DNA of 64,000 nt from Stegostoma tigrinum (lineage: Eukaryota): contig NC_081398.1 in the NCBI RefSeq assembly GCF_030684315.1, positions 6,614,385 through 6,678,384 of the forward strand. Direction: 5' to 3'. The notes beneath the pieces are model-generated. The model was given only the letters and a program-made list of their open reading frames with translations, was not told the DNA's origin and made no database searches. Shown here piece after piece: positions 10,625-24,059 of this stretch (its first letter is position 1; the number at the start of each line of letters is the position of its first letter). A program made the position numbers and the translations under genes.

Positions 10625-13020
10625 CCTGCAGAGACATTAACACCCCCTCCCCCTCACACCCCAGGGTCAGAGACACTAAGACCCCCTCCCCCTCACTCCC
10701 CAGGGTCAGAGACACTAACCCCCCCCCCTCCGTCTCACTCCCCAGGGTCTGAGACTCCACCACCCCTCTCCACCTCACTCCCCAGGGCCAGAACCACTAA
10801 CAACCCTTTCCCCCTCACTCCCCAGGGTCAGAAACACTAACACACCCTCCCCCTCACTCCCCAGGGTGAGAGATACTAACACTGCCCAACCCCTCACTCC
10901 CCAGGGTCACATCACTAACACTCCCCTCCTCCTCACTCCCCAGGGTCAGAGACACTAACAACCCCCATCCCCTCACTCCCCAGGGTCTGAGACTCCAACA
11001 ACCCCCTCCACCTCACTCCCCAGGGTCAGATACACTAACTCCCCTCACCCCCTCACTCCCCAGGGCCAGAAACACTAACACCCCCCATTTCCTAACTCCC
11101 CAGTTTCAGAGAAACCCCCCCTCTCCCCCTCACTCCCCAGGGTGAGAGACACTAACAAGCCCTCCCTCTCACTCCCCAGGGTCAGAGACACTAAGAACCC
11201 CTCCCCCTCACTCCCCAGGGTCAGAGACACTAACTCCCCTCACCCCCTCACTCCCCAGGGCCAGAAACACTAACACCCCCCATTTCCTAACTCCCCAGTT
11301 TCAGAGAAACCCCCCCCCTCCCCCTCACTCCCCAGGGTGAGAGACACTAACAATCCCTCCCTCTCACTCCCCAGGGTCAGAGACACTAAGAATCCCTCCC
11401 CCTCACTCCCCAGGGTCAGAGACACTAACTCCCCTCACCCCCTCACTCCCCAGGGCCAGAAACACTAACACCCCCCATTTCCTAACTCCCCAGTTTCAGA
11501 GAAACCCTCCCCTCCCCCTCACTCCCCAGGGTGAGAGACACTAACAAGCCCTCCCTCTCACTCCCCAGGATCAGAGACACTAAGAACCCCTCCCCCTCAC
11601 TCCCCAGGGTCAGAGACACTAACTCCCCCCATCCCCTCACACCCCAGGGTCATGGACACTAACAGCCCCTCCCCCCGACTCCTCAGGGTCAGAGACACTA
11701 ACACACCCTCCTCCTCACTCCTGAAGGTCAGAGACACAAACACTCCCCACCCCCTCACTCCCAGGGTCAGAGACACTAACACACCCCATCCCCATCACTC
11801 CCCAGGGTCAGAGACACTAATACACCCTCCCCCTCACTCCCCAGGGTCAGAGACACTAACATCCCCTCCCCCTCACTCCCCAGGGTCAGAGACACTAACA
11901 TCACCTCCCCCTCACTCCCCAGGGTCAGAGACACTAACACACCCTCCCCCTCACTCCCCAGGGTGAAAGACACTAAGAACCCCTCCCCCTCACTCCCCAG
12001 GGTCAAAGACACTAACACCCCCTCCCCCTCACTCCCCAGGGTCAGAGACACTAACACCCCCTCCCCCTCACTCCCCAGGGTCATAGACACTAACACACCC
12101 CTCACCCTCACTCCCCAAGGTCATAGGGACTAACACCACCCACCCCCTCACTCCCCAGGGTCAGAGGCACTAACAACCCTCACCCCCTCACTCCCCAGGG
12201 TCAGAGACACTAACACCCCCTCCCCCTCACTCCCCAGGGTCAGAGACACTAACACCCCCTCCCCCTCACTCCCCAGGGTCAGAGACACTAACACACCCCA
12301 CCCCCTCACTCCCCAGTGTCAGAGACACTAACACCCCCTCCCCCTCACTCCCCAGGGTCAAAGACACTAACACACCCCTCACCCTCATTCCACAGGGTCA
12401 AAGACACTAACACCCCCTCCCCCTCACTCCCCAGGGTCATAGACACTAACACACCCCTCACCCTCATTCCACAGGGTCAAAGACACTAACACCCCCTCAC
12501 CCTCACTCCCCAGGGTCATAGAGACTAACACCCCCTCCCCCTCCCTCCCCAGGGTCAGAGACACTAACACACCCCACCCCCTCATTCACTGGGTCAGAGA
12601 CATTTAAACCCCCACCCCCTCACTCCCCAGTGTCAGAGACACCAACACCCCCCACCACCACCCCTACACACCCTAGGGTCACAAAGTGACACCCCTGAAC
12701 ACACCCCAGAGTCACAAACTGACAGCCCCCTCACTCCCCAGGGTCACAAAAAGATACCCCCATTCTACACAGGGTCAGAGACACTAACACCCCCATCCCC
12801 CCCAGGTTCAGAAACAATAGCAACCCCCACACTCCCCACACTCCCCAGGATCACAAACTGACATCCCCTCCCCTCACTCCCAGTGGTCAAACACCCTGAC
12901 ACACTCCCCACACTCCCCAGGGTCAGAGACACTAAACCCCCAACTCACTCCCTAAGGCCGTAGACACTGATACCCCTCACTCCCCAGGGCCAACGTCTCT
13001 GGCCATCCCGTCTCCCCAGG
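10625..13020 (+). repeat. C-rich ~38-39-bp minisatellite (CCCCTCACTCCCCAGGGTCAGAGACACTAACACCCCCT)n, gene A intron 2
   Basis: Visible tandem array, degenerating after ~12650. Confidence 0.95.
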
Positions 13021-13123
13021 GTCTGCTCTCTCAGTGTATTTCCTCTGGTTTCTCACCCCAGCCTCAGCTCTTTCTCCCCCTTCTGGTCCCACTTCATTGG
13101 GCTGGACTCCTGTATTTGAACAG

Positions 13124-13312
13124 CGCAGAGACCAACGACTGCGACAGCGTCGGTTCCCTCCTCAGTGAGTGCATCCTCCGAGCACAGTGCAGATGGTGAG
13201 GACCCACTGGCTCAGGGCCTCGTCCTCATCATCAGGGCGGTCATCGCTTTCACAATCCTGGCAACTCTTTGGCTGGTTGGAATTTATCTAATGAAGAGGG
13301 AGGAAGTTGCAG
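13124..13312 (+). CDS. Gene A exon 3, Ser/Thr stalk plus TM with charged Arg (AQRPTTATASVPSSVSASSEHSADGEDPLAQGLVLIIRAVIAFTILATLWLVGIYLMKREEVA)
   Basis: Acceptor tttgaacAG, donor GTAAGC, 189 nt, phase 1-1, open frame; Arg codon AGG at 13234-13236; starts AQRPTT like the gene B stalk exon. Absent from the ORF track. Confidence 0.85.
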
Positions 13313-13539
13313 GTAAGCTGTGAGCTCAGAACATGTCACTGTTTGCCCTTACATAGACAAGTGCAATGTTTTTATTAGAAACCACACTGGGTCAATCCAG
13401 TTTTCACACCAAAGTATAAGATGGTGGAGCACCAGACCTGATAATAATCTTAAGCCATGCATGGACAAAGGAGCTGCATCCCATCGAGCATTCACTCAAC
13501 CAATTGTGGCTTCAGGGAGCGCTCACAAGCTGCAATCTG

Positions 13540-14520
13540 TGTGTTTCAGGGGCAAACTGCCCACTCGTATATAGGATGGTGGTTGTCACTGTCAGAGTTC
13601 AGTCATCTCAGCTCTGTGGGGATTTCCTCAAGGTACTGTCCTCAGGCCATCAATCTTCCATTCCTTCCTCAATCCCCTTCCCTCTATCATAAGGTCAGAG
13701 GTGGGGAAGTTCGCTGATGTTTACACAATGTTCAGCACCATTTGTGACTCCTCATACACTGAAGCAGCCCATGTTCACATGCAACAAGATCCGATCAATT
13801 TCCAGACTTGGGTTGACAAGTGGCATCTAACATCATGCCACACAAATGCCAAGGAATGACCATCTCCAATAATAGACAATCCACCACTGCCCCTTAACAT
13901 TCAATGGTGTTACCATCACTGAATCCCACCAACCCCCCCACCCCCCCCCCCACCCCACTATGGTGGTTACCCTTGGTCAGAATCTCAACTGGATTCACCA
14001 CATAAGCACAGCGGCTACAAGAGCAGGCCAGAAGCTGGGAACACCGCAGTGATTAATTCACCTCTTGATTCCCCTCAAAACCTCTCTATCATCGGCAAGA
14101 AATAAGTCAGGAGTGTGATGGATTACTCCCCACTTGCCTGGATAGGTTCAGCCTGAACAACATTCAAGAGGCTCGACACCATCCATGACAAAGCAGCCCC
14201 CACATCCGCAAACATCCACTCCCTCCACCAATGAGACTCAGTCGCACTGCAGCACCTCCCAAAGGCTGCCTTGACAGCACCTTCCACGACCTCTTGAAGG
14301 CCAGGGGCAGCAGATACATGGGAACAGCGTCACCTGCAAGTGCCCTTCCGAGCCATTCCCCATCCTGACTTGGAAAAATATCGGCCGTTCCTTCGGTATT
14401 GCTGGGTCAAAGTCCTGGAACTCCCTCCACACAGGATTGTAGCAATCCTAGAAGACAGCTAATCCCAATCTTCTCAAGGTGCAAATAGGGATAGGCAATA
14501 AATGCTGGAGCAAGCCAATG
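13540..14520 (+). mobile_element. CR1/L2-clade LINE 3' fragment (decayed RT C-terminus)
   Basis: Homologous to 47400-48440 and 19420-20350. Confidence 0.75.
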
Positions 14521-14702
14521 ACACACATGTCCCAGGAGTGTAAAGAAACTTCGGGTAACAAATGCCGATTGGTCAGCTTTGGCCCCCTTCCATGCGTCAA
14601 CATTATAAGGATTGATCCATGGACAGTTGGGATGCCTGGCTGTTATCTTTTGTTCTTGCAACGTGGGATTTTCTCGGCTTTACTCTTTGTTGTCGATTTC
14701 AG

Positions 14703-14725
14703 AATCGTCTGATGGAAACATGTGA
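14703..14725 (+). CDS. Gene A probable last coding exon, short tail (E)SSDGNM*
   Basis: Long polypyrimidine tract ending gatttcAG; phase-1 reading stops at TGA 14723-14725; AATAAA near 14957, 15459 and 15586. Unspliced read-through of exon 3 would instead end GKL* at 13323; either tail is short and Tyr-free. Confidence 0.6.
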
Positions 14726-15693
14726 GGACAGACCAAGTGAGAGAACATGGGAACCAATGGGAATTATCCTTAAGAATCCCTGGAGCAAGGGATTTAATGG
14801 ATTACTGTGTCCTACATAAACTCACAGTCACACAACTGACCAATACTTTCAACAGATGTCACCAAGCAAAGCTGATTTGGAGCTTGCCCTTTCGGGAAGG
14901 CATGTTAGACTGTTTGCCTTGCTGTAATGTCTAACCAGTCTCTGTTTCCTGGGGTAATAAACACTGTTTGCAGTGCTTGCCTGACGTGAAATAGTGTCCA
15001 CTTGCTACTAAAGAGATTGCTTCCTGCTCCTATTTATAATCTCTCGAGTAGAAGACCGGGCGTGGCTCCAACTCACGGGCTGACCCTGTGCAAAGCAGCA
15101 TTTCTTCCATCAAACACATTGCGAAAAGTGAGGGCTTCCCTGTCACAGAAAATTGATGGAGGCCTAAACGTTTGCAAAAAGGAGTGAGGTCCAGTACTTG
15201 GGGCTCTCGGGGATCAAAGGCAATAGGGAAGATCGCTGAGTTGGATGATCAGCCATGATCCTATTGAACAGGCTTGAGGGGCTGAATGGCTTGCTTCTGT
15301 TGCAGTGTTCTGTGTTTCTATGTGTCCAATGTACTACAACATTGCCACAATAGACGGCTTTGTTAAAACATTCTCATTAATTTAGCTTTTCAAGAAAGCA
15401 AGACTGAATATTATGAATTATGCATGTGCACAATTTTAACCTGATTTTTGAATCTTAAATAAAAGCTCTCCTGTTTTTTATTACTCTACTTGATATACTT
15501 TTCCCATCTGTCGGCATTTGACGCTGTTTTTGCAACAGATATCTCTGATTCTGTCTCTCTTTTGAGCCATCAAGTGGGGCATTTTAATAAACTAACATAA
15601 AGTCATCCAAAAAAATCGATGGCCGCTGTAGTCATGTGACCAGACTTCTCGCTAACTTCCTAGAATGTTGTCAGAAGTCGGCACCAGATGGAT

Positions 15694-16302
15694 GTCATGG
15701 ACCAGATCAGACCCCTCAAAATATTTTAAGACGGTCCCCTAGACCCAAACTTTTTCTTATTTTAAAAGCACATGTGAACTGCTTCGTTCTAGATGCACCG
15801 TGAATGGTGAAACTTCTCGATGTTAAGCAAAACACAATTTATTTCAACATTGTCATCAAAATACAACAGAAGAAAGAAGAATTCACAATAAAATAACTCT
15901 GTTGGAAATTTTACAGAGTGCTCGATACAGTACCTATTACAAATCAACTTTTTTAATACAGTAACATCCTCTTGGCAAAAAGGAAAATTCAGACACAGAT
16001 TCTCACATTCGGTTCTCCAATCCAGGAGGAAAAAAAATCAAGAGAAAATTTAGAGACAGTAGCAGCCAGGAGGCATTCACTGAAGTTTCCAGTTCTTTAG
16101 GGGCCCAAATAGCATCCGCTGCTGCTCAGAAATCCTGATCTGTGAGAGCTGGCCGCACCCATTCAGGCTGCATTAGAACTCAAGGCCTCCCAAGTTGTTT
16201 CCTCAAGCCGTCTTAAGTAGGCAGCTTAGCACACCTGCATTGCAACCTCTCCTCTAAAGAAAACAGCATAAAGTAACTTCTTAAAGTAGCGGCATCGTCG
16301 CA
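15694..16302. repeat. AT-rich interspersed repeat, possibly a solo LTR; related copies at ~25825-26600 and ~41530-42150
   Basis: Shared start tgt(c/t)atgga..agacccctcaaaatattttaag; TG...CA-like ends; no TSD identified. Confidence 0.4.
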
Positions 16303-16719
16303 TTTCTAGGACGAGCCTTTATACCCACGCTATACCAAGGCGGTATCTGATGGCAGAATGGTAGGCTAGACTAGGTATCAATGGTCTCAAAACCCCTCTC
16401 TGAAGGGTTGGGGTATTTTTTTCATAAAAGTGACAAATCGCGGTCTCTACACTCAGGGAAGGTCTTGATGTTGACGGGTGCAGGTTGTGGTGGGATTTGA
16501 ACCGAGGTTCTGACCCTGGGGGTCTCTGGAGGGTGGGCCCAGCTTTATTTTTCCCAGGGGTGTCTTTTAGGGGAGGGGGAAATGCAAACGGGGTGCATCT
16601 GGTGGGCAGCAACAGAGAAAACCCTCCTTCAGGCTGGCAGAATCTAGGCGTCTCGCTTACCCTTAGGCATCGCCGGTCTGTGGGGCAAGGGGAAAGGGAT
16701 GGGATAGGGGGTTAAATCT

Positions 16720-16859
16720 TTTAACACTCCAGCTCACCCACACGGCTGCGTACAGGAGGTCCCCATCCCCTCTCAGGGCCTTGCCCCCCCAGTCTTCGGG
16801 ACTTCTCCTCCTCCTCCGGCCTGCAGAGAGGTGGAGGCAATTACTTCTGGGTGGGTGAG
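16720..16859 (-). pseudogene. Gene B decayed ITIM exon
   Basis: LTHPEVIASTSLQAGGGG aligns with FVHPEGIVYASLQAGRGG of gene C; an extra G in a G-run shifts LLYAAV out of frame. Confidence 0.8.
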
Positions 16860-19419
16860 CTGGCAGGGGTTGGGAGGGTAGAAAGGGGGTGGGAAGGGGT
16901 AGGTGAGTGATCCCGTTGGGAATTTCCCCCAAACAATCTCAAGAAGGGGTCCGGAGTTGGGAAGGAAGAAGGCAGGAGAGGGGGAATGTCACCGGCTCAT
17001 TTGGCCACGTTCAGCTCCTACCCTCTTCTCTCATACCTTCTCCTCCCCTGAGAAATGGTTGGGGTGCATAAGACCAGGGAGTGTGTCCCCCTCAAATCCC
17101 TCCAACACTCACCCTTACATGCTGCCCCTCAACTGGCAGTGGGGAGGGGGGGGGAGGAATCTCCCAAAGTGACCTGGGTCATCGTCATGGTGACACGTTG
17201 CAACCCAACATTGTGCGAAACAGAAGATGCAGAAAAGAGGCCATTCGGACCTCTCAAGCATGCCCTGCCATTCAGTAGGGTCATGGCTGATTGACCATCT
17301 CCATACCCTGTTCCTGCTTTACCTCCCCCCACCCCCAGGCCCCTGGATCCCTCAGACCCTACTCATGCTCCCCCAGATTCTAACAGGGGGTAAATCCTTT
17401 GGCCTCACCTCAAACAGTCAGGTTTCCAGGCCAATGCTAAAAGGAGAATGTTCCAGAGCGTTGTGGTTGAAGTTCCACATTCCCCACACACCCCCCCACC
17501 CCCCTCCCCGCTACCCCAGCCACCAAAATGAAAACCCTATAAAGCAGCAACACTGGGCTAACCAACACCTCCCGGGGGTCCTGAAGTCATGGAAGATGTG
17601 TTGCTAATGAAGGCCTCATTCGATGTTGACAACACCATTTGGACACATGCAGGGCTGGGACTTAGGAGGACGTCTAGTCAGATGGGGTAGATGAGCTTGG
17701 CCAGTCGCCGAGGGGCCACAGCCATTGCCTGATGAGAGCAGGTGAGGTTGTCACACCTCTGTGGGACCTTGCTCACTGGAAGGCCGGTGCCCTAGGAACG
17801 CGACAAGGCAAGACTCCGAAAAGAGGATGTGACAAAGAGGCATGGGAAGACTCCACTGTTCCAGCCGCTTAGCGAAAATCACAGCTGAACTTTGACCTCA
17901 GACCCATACTGATAGGGCTTGAAGGGCTGAATGGCCTACTCCCATTCCTATTTCTCCGTTACCCCATCAGATTCCCGAAGGTACTCTGAGCAAATGAATC
18001 CCCACCCACAGGTCTTGCCATTTCCCAATTCCCTATTTCTCACACTGTCCATCTCTAGGTCCTACCTCACCAGCGGGCACTGTGGAGCACCAAGATTTGA
18101 AAGATTGAAGGCAGATGGCACACTCACATCTGAAACCCTCTTGTCCTGGCTGCCTCAGCCCTGTTACAATCTGAAGGGTTCCCATTTGCCGCCTCCATCT
18201 CTTGAACCAAACAGCCAATGACAATTGGCAAATCGGCTAGATGAAGCATCACGCCTGGGACTGGGCAAAATGCAGGGGCTGGGCAGGGTCTGTGAGAGAG
18301 CTTGCTCACTCTATTGACCCCATGGCCTGTTGCCATTTGCCCTTCCTGTGCTGTGCAGGGTTAGAGAGTGTCAGACTGGGAATAGGGTAAAGGGTGACGC
18401 ATAGAATCATGTCGTACAGAACAGACCCTTCGGCCCATCGAGTCTGGGCAGCCCAAAATACAATCCGATCTGCGTGAATCCCAATTTCCCACACAAGCCT
18501 TAAATGTGATGACATTCCGTGTGCTCATCCAAGAGCTTTATAAGGGAGGCTTCCTTTCTCACCTGCCCTCCCACAGGCAGTACATTCCAGACCCCCTCAC
18601 CACCCCCGGCTATAAAATCTGTTCCTCAAATTCCCTCTGAACGTCCTCCCTTTCACTTACAAATAATAAACCCCTCATTATTGGCCCTTCGACTAAGGGC
18701 GACGGTTCCTTTCTATCTGCCTTGTCCACATCCCTCAGGGTCTCTGTCAGGTCCCCCCTCAGCATTCCCTGCTCCAAAGAAAACAATCCGAGCTTCTCCA
18801 GCTTCTCTGCATTGCCTGAACACTCTACCCCAGGGGGACATCCTGGTGAATCTCCTCTGCACCCCCTCCAGTGCAAATCACCTCCTTGCTACAGCCTGGG
18901 GTCCAGAACACTCCAGAGCCAAGATTAGGCCAGAGGGTTAATGTGTGGCATGGAATGGCTGATGCCAATGTGGTACGCGCCTCTCTAAGTTGGCACATTG
19001 AACGCAGCTCTTGAAACTATTAACCCGAGGTGTTTCCCCCCCAGTTGGCCCTTGTCCTTTGCTGGGGAGCTGTCTAGGGCTAGACCACTGCAGGGAGAGA
19101 GAGCGCACAGAAGGTGTAAGGTTACACCTGAATGCACTGCGACACAGCCATCCTGAACAGAAATAGGCCATTCAGCCCCTCAACCCTTCAATGATGTCAC
19201 AGTGGAGCCGTACCTGCCGTGACTTCCTGTTTGCACCTACTACCCAATAATATTTGTACTAATATACCATTAACACACAGTGAATTGTTATCAAGGGGGA
19301 GCAATGGAGAAGGGGAGGGAGGGACAGAGAGGGGAAGGAAAGAGCAACAGAGGGGGTGGGAGGGCCAACACTGAGGGTTTGGAGACGACAAAGAGTGGAG
19401 GGAGGGCAACTGCGAGGGG

Positions 19420-20575
19420 TTGGCGTTCCCATGTATCTGCTGCCTTTGCCCTTCTAGATGGTAGAAGTCATGGGTTTGGAAGGTGCTGCCTGAGGATATT
19501 TGGAGAATTGCTGGTGAAATGATAGTACAATCTGCTGCGACTGAGCATCGGTGGGAGAGGGAGTGGATGCTTGTGGATGTGGGGCCAATCAAGCCGGATG
19601 CTTTGTCCTGGATGGCGTCGAGCTTCTTGAGTGTTGCTGGAGCTGTCCCCATCCAGGGCAAGTGGGGAGTATTCCCTCACACTCCTGACTTGTGCCTTGT
19701 AGATGGTGGGACAAGCTTTGAGGAGTCAGGAGGTGAGTTACTTTGTGCAGGATTTCCAACCTCTGATCTGATCTTGTAGCCATTGTGTTTCAATGGCTAG
19801 TCCAGTTCAATTTCTGGTCCGTGGTAACCCTCTGGATGCCAATATTTGGGGGAATTCAGTGATGGGAATGCCAGTGAATGTCAATAGCCATTGGTTGGAC
19901 TGTCCCTTATCAGAGAACGTATTTGTGTCTGGCATTTGCGTGGCATGAATGTCACTTGCCACTTGCCAGCCCAAGCTTGGATATTGTCCAGATCTTGTTG
20001 CATGTGAACACGGACTGCTTCAGTGTCTGAGGAATCATGGATGGTGCTGAACATTGTGCAGTCATCAGTGAACATCCCCACTTCTGACCTTATGATGGAG
20101 GGAATGGCATTGATGAAGTAGCTGAAGATGGTTGGGCCTAGAACACTACCCTGAGGAACTCCAGCAGAGATATCCTGAGCTGATGATGATTGACCTCCAA
20201 CAACCACGACCATCTTCCTGTGTGTCAGGTAGGCCTCCAACCACCAGAAAGTTTGCCCCTTGATCCTCATTGATTCCAGTTTTGCAAGACCTCCTTGATG
20301 CCACACTCGCTCGAATGCAGCCTCAATATCCTGGGCTGTTACTCTCACCCCACCTCTGGAATACAGCTCTTTTGTCCATGTCAGGGGTCAGGAGCTGAGT
20401 GGCCCTGGTGGAACCCAAACTGGGCATCACTGAGCAGGTTATTTCTGAGCAGGTCCTGCTTGATAGCACTGTTACCGACACCTTCCATCGCTTTACTGAT
20501 GATCAAGAGGAGACTAATGGGAAAGTAATTGGCCGGGTTGGATTTCTCCTGGTTTTTATGCACAGGACATGGCTG
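19420..20575 (-). mobile_element. CR1/L2-clade LINE RT fragment
   Basis: ORF 19881-20348 carries GVPQGSVLGP and FTDD RT motifs; inverted counterpart of 47080-48250. Confidence 0.85.
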
Positions 20576-20869
20576 GGGAAGGGTCACTGGACTCGAAAGG
20601 TTAACTCTGCTGTTCTTCCTCTACAGAAACTGCAAGATGCTGACAACTTTTCTCAGCAAGTTCTGTCATTGCTTGAACTTTCCATATTGCTGGGCGGACG
20701 CCAATGTGACAACTACATGTCGCCATCCTTACCTTGGCCAAATTGTCCTGCCCGCCATTTTGGTTTCCCACAGAGGTGGCTAACCGTTGCGTGCCTCAGT
20801 ATGGGGGTGACGCAGCAGCATTTGAAACTTGGGCTCGTGTTGCTGACCCTCTGATGAACGAGGGTAGCG

Positions 20870-21950
20870 AAGAAGGTGTTTGGTATACTTGCCTTCATTT
20901 GTCAGTACATTGAGTATCGGGGTTGGGGCGTCATGTTGAGGCTGTCCAGCACATTGGTGAGGCCACTTTTGGAACTCTGCATTCAACTACGGTCATTGTG
21001 CCATTAGAAAGATGCATTGACACTTGAAAGGGCTTAGAAAAGATTCACAAGGATGTTGCCGGGGCTGGATGGTTTGAGCTACAGCGAGAGGCTGAATAGA
21101 CTGGGGCTATTTTCCCTGACAGGCATGGGTAGAGGGAATAGAAAAGGTCTTTTTCCTACCATAGGGGAGTCCAAAACTCAAAGGCATAGGTTTAAGGTGG
21201 GAGGGGAAAGATTTAAAAAGGACTTCAAGGGCAGCCTCTTCTCTCAGGAGGTGGTGTGTATATGGAATGAGCTGCCAGAGGAATTGGCGGAGGGTAGCAT
21301 GATTACAACTTTTGAAAGGCATCTAGATGGGTACATGAATATCAGGGTTTGGAGGGATATGGGCAAAATGCTGGAAAATGGGACAGGATTAATGTAGAAT
21401 ACCTGGTTGGCATGGACGAATTGGGCCGAAGGGTCTGTTTCCATGCTGTACAGCTCTGTCTCTGTGACTCTATGACAGTTTCTCTCTATGACTCTATGAT
21501 TCTTTGACTCAATAACTCTTTGCCCCTCTGTCTCTCGGTCTCTATGTCATAAGACCATAGGTTCACAGAATCCCAACAGATTGGAAACAGGCCATTTGGC
21601 CCAACACAGCCCCTCCGCAGAGCAGACCCATGCACTTGCCATGTCTAACCCACCTAACTTAAACATCCCTGGACACTATGGGAAATTTAGCGTGGCCAGT
21701 CTATCTAACCTGCTCGTTTTTAGACTCTCTGTCTCTATATGAGCCTATGTCTGAATACTTCGATGACCCACTGACGCATCATTAAATGACTCAATGATTT
21801 TATGACTTAATATCACTATGACTCTATGTCCCTATCACTCCTTGTATCTACGACTCTATGACTCTACAAGTCTATGCCACAATGTCTGTATGATTCATTG
21901 TCTCTATGATCTTATGACCTTCTGTCTCTATGACACTATGACCTTGACTG
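20870..21950 (+). mobile_element. CR1 LINE 3' fragment followed by an expanded degenerate (ACTCTATG)-like tail
   Basis: LSYSERLNRLGLFSL and FSQEVVCIWNELPEE, typical of CR1 ORF2 C-termini; tail repeats at 21450-21950. Confidence 0.75.
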
Positions 21951-24059
21951 AGAGGTAGAGTTGTGACAGAGAATCAAGAATAAGGAAACTAAATTCTTTT
22001 GTTCCTGTTCCCTCTCTGTGTCGCTCTCACTCCCTGCAACTTTTCTGGTTTGCATCTTCCTCCACTTTCTCCCTGTGGAAAGGGGAAGTTGCTATTCAAC
22101 TTAGGCAGGCAGCACAGGAAGGGGTATTGCCAGGGGTGGGGGCAGTGGGAGAATCAATTGTGTGCTGCTAAAGACATTTCCCTACAAAACTGCTCTTCAC
22201 TTTCTCTCTAAAATGTGATTTTCTGGCACACTCCCAACATCCAACCATTGCCCAAGAGGCCACCCAATCTATTTGAAGAGCTTCACTCAGTTTCAGACTA
22301 ACCACAGCTTCTGGCCTGTGACTGACATCTTCTCGGGTCAGGTTATCAGAACAGGAGAACGCCATTCAGCCCCACTAGAGCACACCAACTGCCCCTGCTT
22401 TCTCCACAACATAAACACATCAATCCCACCCTTAAAAACCCTGACTGACCGCGGTTTTATCTGGAGGATTTGGCAGAGTGTCGTAGGAAGCTGGTTTTCC
22501 CTTCTCAGGAAATCTTGTTCTTTGACATCTCCCTCTTGCACTGGCCTGAGTCACCTTTATCTCTTTCTGAGGAGAATTCGGGGCTTAGGAGATGCCCACG
22601 ATGTGGAGTGTGAAATCCTTGGTGACTTTCCAAAGGGAAAGGGGTAGATATTGGTGTGTGGGAGATATGATGGGGGAAAACAGGGAAGGATCAGTTGGGT
22701 AGCCTGCACTAGCATGACGGGCCCAATGGTCACCTCCCGAGCTGCGCATGAGGTGTCACTAGAATTCTAGAATTTTTACAGTCCAGAAGAGGCCCTTTGG
22801 CCCATCAATCTGCACACAAAATGGACAGGAGTCCCACTTTCGAACAATCGGCCCATCGCCTTGAATACTATGATACTTCGGTCGCACTCCTGAAGCCATT
22901 CCTGTAGAAACAGAGGGAAGAGGATCATGACTGATCATCAAAGTCAGCCCTCTGTTCCTGCTTTCTCTCTCACATACTCATCGATCCCTTTAGCACCAAG
23001 TTCAATCTCCCACACATTCTTGAAAACATACAATCCTGTTTCCACGACTGTAAAGAACTATTCTCACTGCTTCGGAAAGCCAGTCAACGTCAGCAGAGAC
23101 CCCTCCCACCCCTGTTGTAACCCCATCTGCCATCTTCGATTGGCAGAAGATACAAAAGCTTAAACACATGCACCAACAGATTTCAAGAAGGGATAGTAGG
23201 AACTGCAGATGCTGGAGAATCTGAGATAACAAGGTGTAGAGCTGGATGAACACAGCAGGCCAAGCAGCATCAGAGGAGCAGGAAGGCTGACGTTTCGGGG
23301 GAAGAAGGGTCTAGACCCATAAGGTCAGCCTTCCTGCTCCTCTGATGCTGCTTGACCTGCTGTGTTCATACAGCTCTACACCCTGTTATCTTTGAGTGTT
23401 GGAGTTCGGGTGTTGTGCTGAAGTTGTACAGGATATCGGTGAGGCATCTTCTGGAGTGCCGTGTCCAGTTGTGGTCTCCCTGTTAGAGCGTTGCTATTAT
23501 TAAGCTGGAGAGGGTTCAGAAGAGATTTACCAAGATTTTGCAGGGAATGCAAGATTTGAGCTATAAGGAGAGGCTGAATAGGCTGGGAATTTTATCACTG
23601 GAGCTTAGGAGTTTAAGTTTATAGAGTTTTATGATTTAATGAAGGCTGTAGATAATGTGATTGGGAGGTGTCTTTTCCCTAAACTGGGGTATTTCAACAC
23701 AAGGGGGCACATTTTTGAGGTGAGATTTTAAAAATACAGGAGAGGAAATCCAAAATACACAGAGAGTGGTTAGTGTCTGGAATGTGAATACTGTTACATT
23801 CTTTAAAGGGCATTTAGATAGCCACATGAATAGGAAAGGTTAGGAAGGATATGGGCCAAGAGCAGGCAGGTGGGACTAGTTTAGTTTGGGATTACGGTCA
23901 GCATGGACTGGATGGGCTGAAGGATCTGTTTCTCTGTCGGATGACTCTATGATTCCAAGCCAAATGGACTGGGACGGTCTGCGGAGACGCGAGGAAAATG
24001 CCACTTTCTCACCGGCAATCAGGACGTCATTGGTTCTCACGAAGGAAGAAGTTAGCGGA

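Larger units (their letters stand above)
4498..14725 (+). pseudogene. Gene A: activating-type PILR-like (PILR-beta-like) receptor with a single nonsense codon (R82*); 207 aa if repaired
   Basis: Exons 4498-4540, 10135-10503, 13124-13312 and 14703-14725, all GT-AG and phase 1, total 624 nt; in-frame TGA at 10335-10337 where gene C has CGA. Confidence 0.8.

Noticed and set aside
10459-12111. Pro-rich or repetitive ORFs here and at 37005-38427, 48993-49580 and 57218-57937
   Set aside because: Products of stop-poor minisatellite or low-complexity sequence; no splice or domain support.
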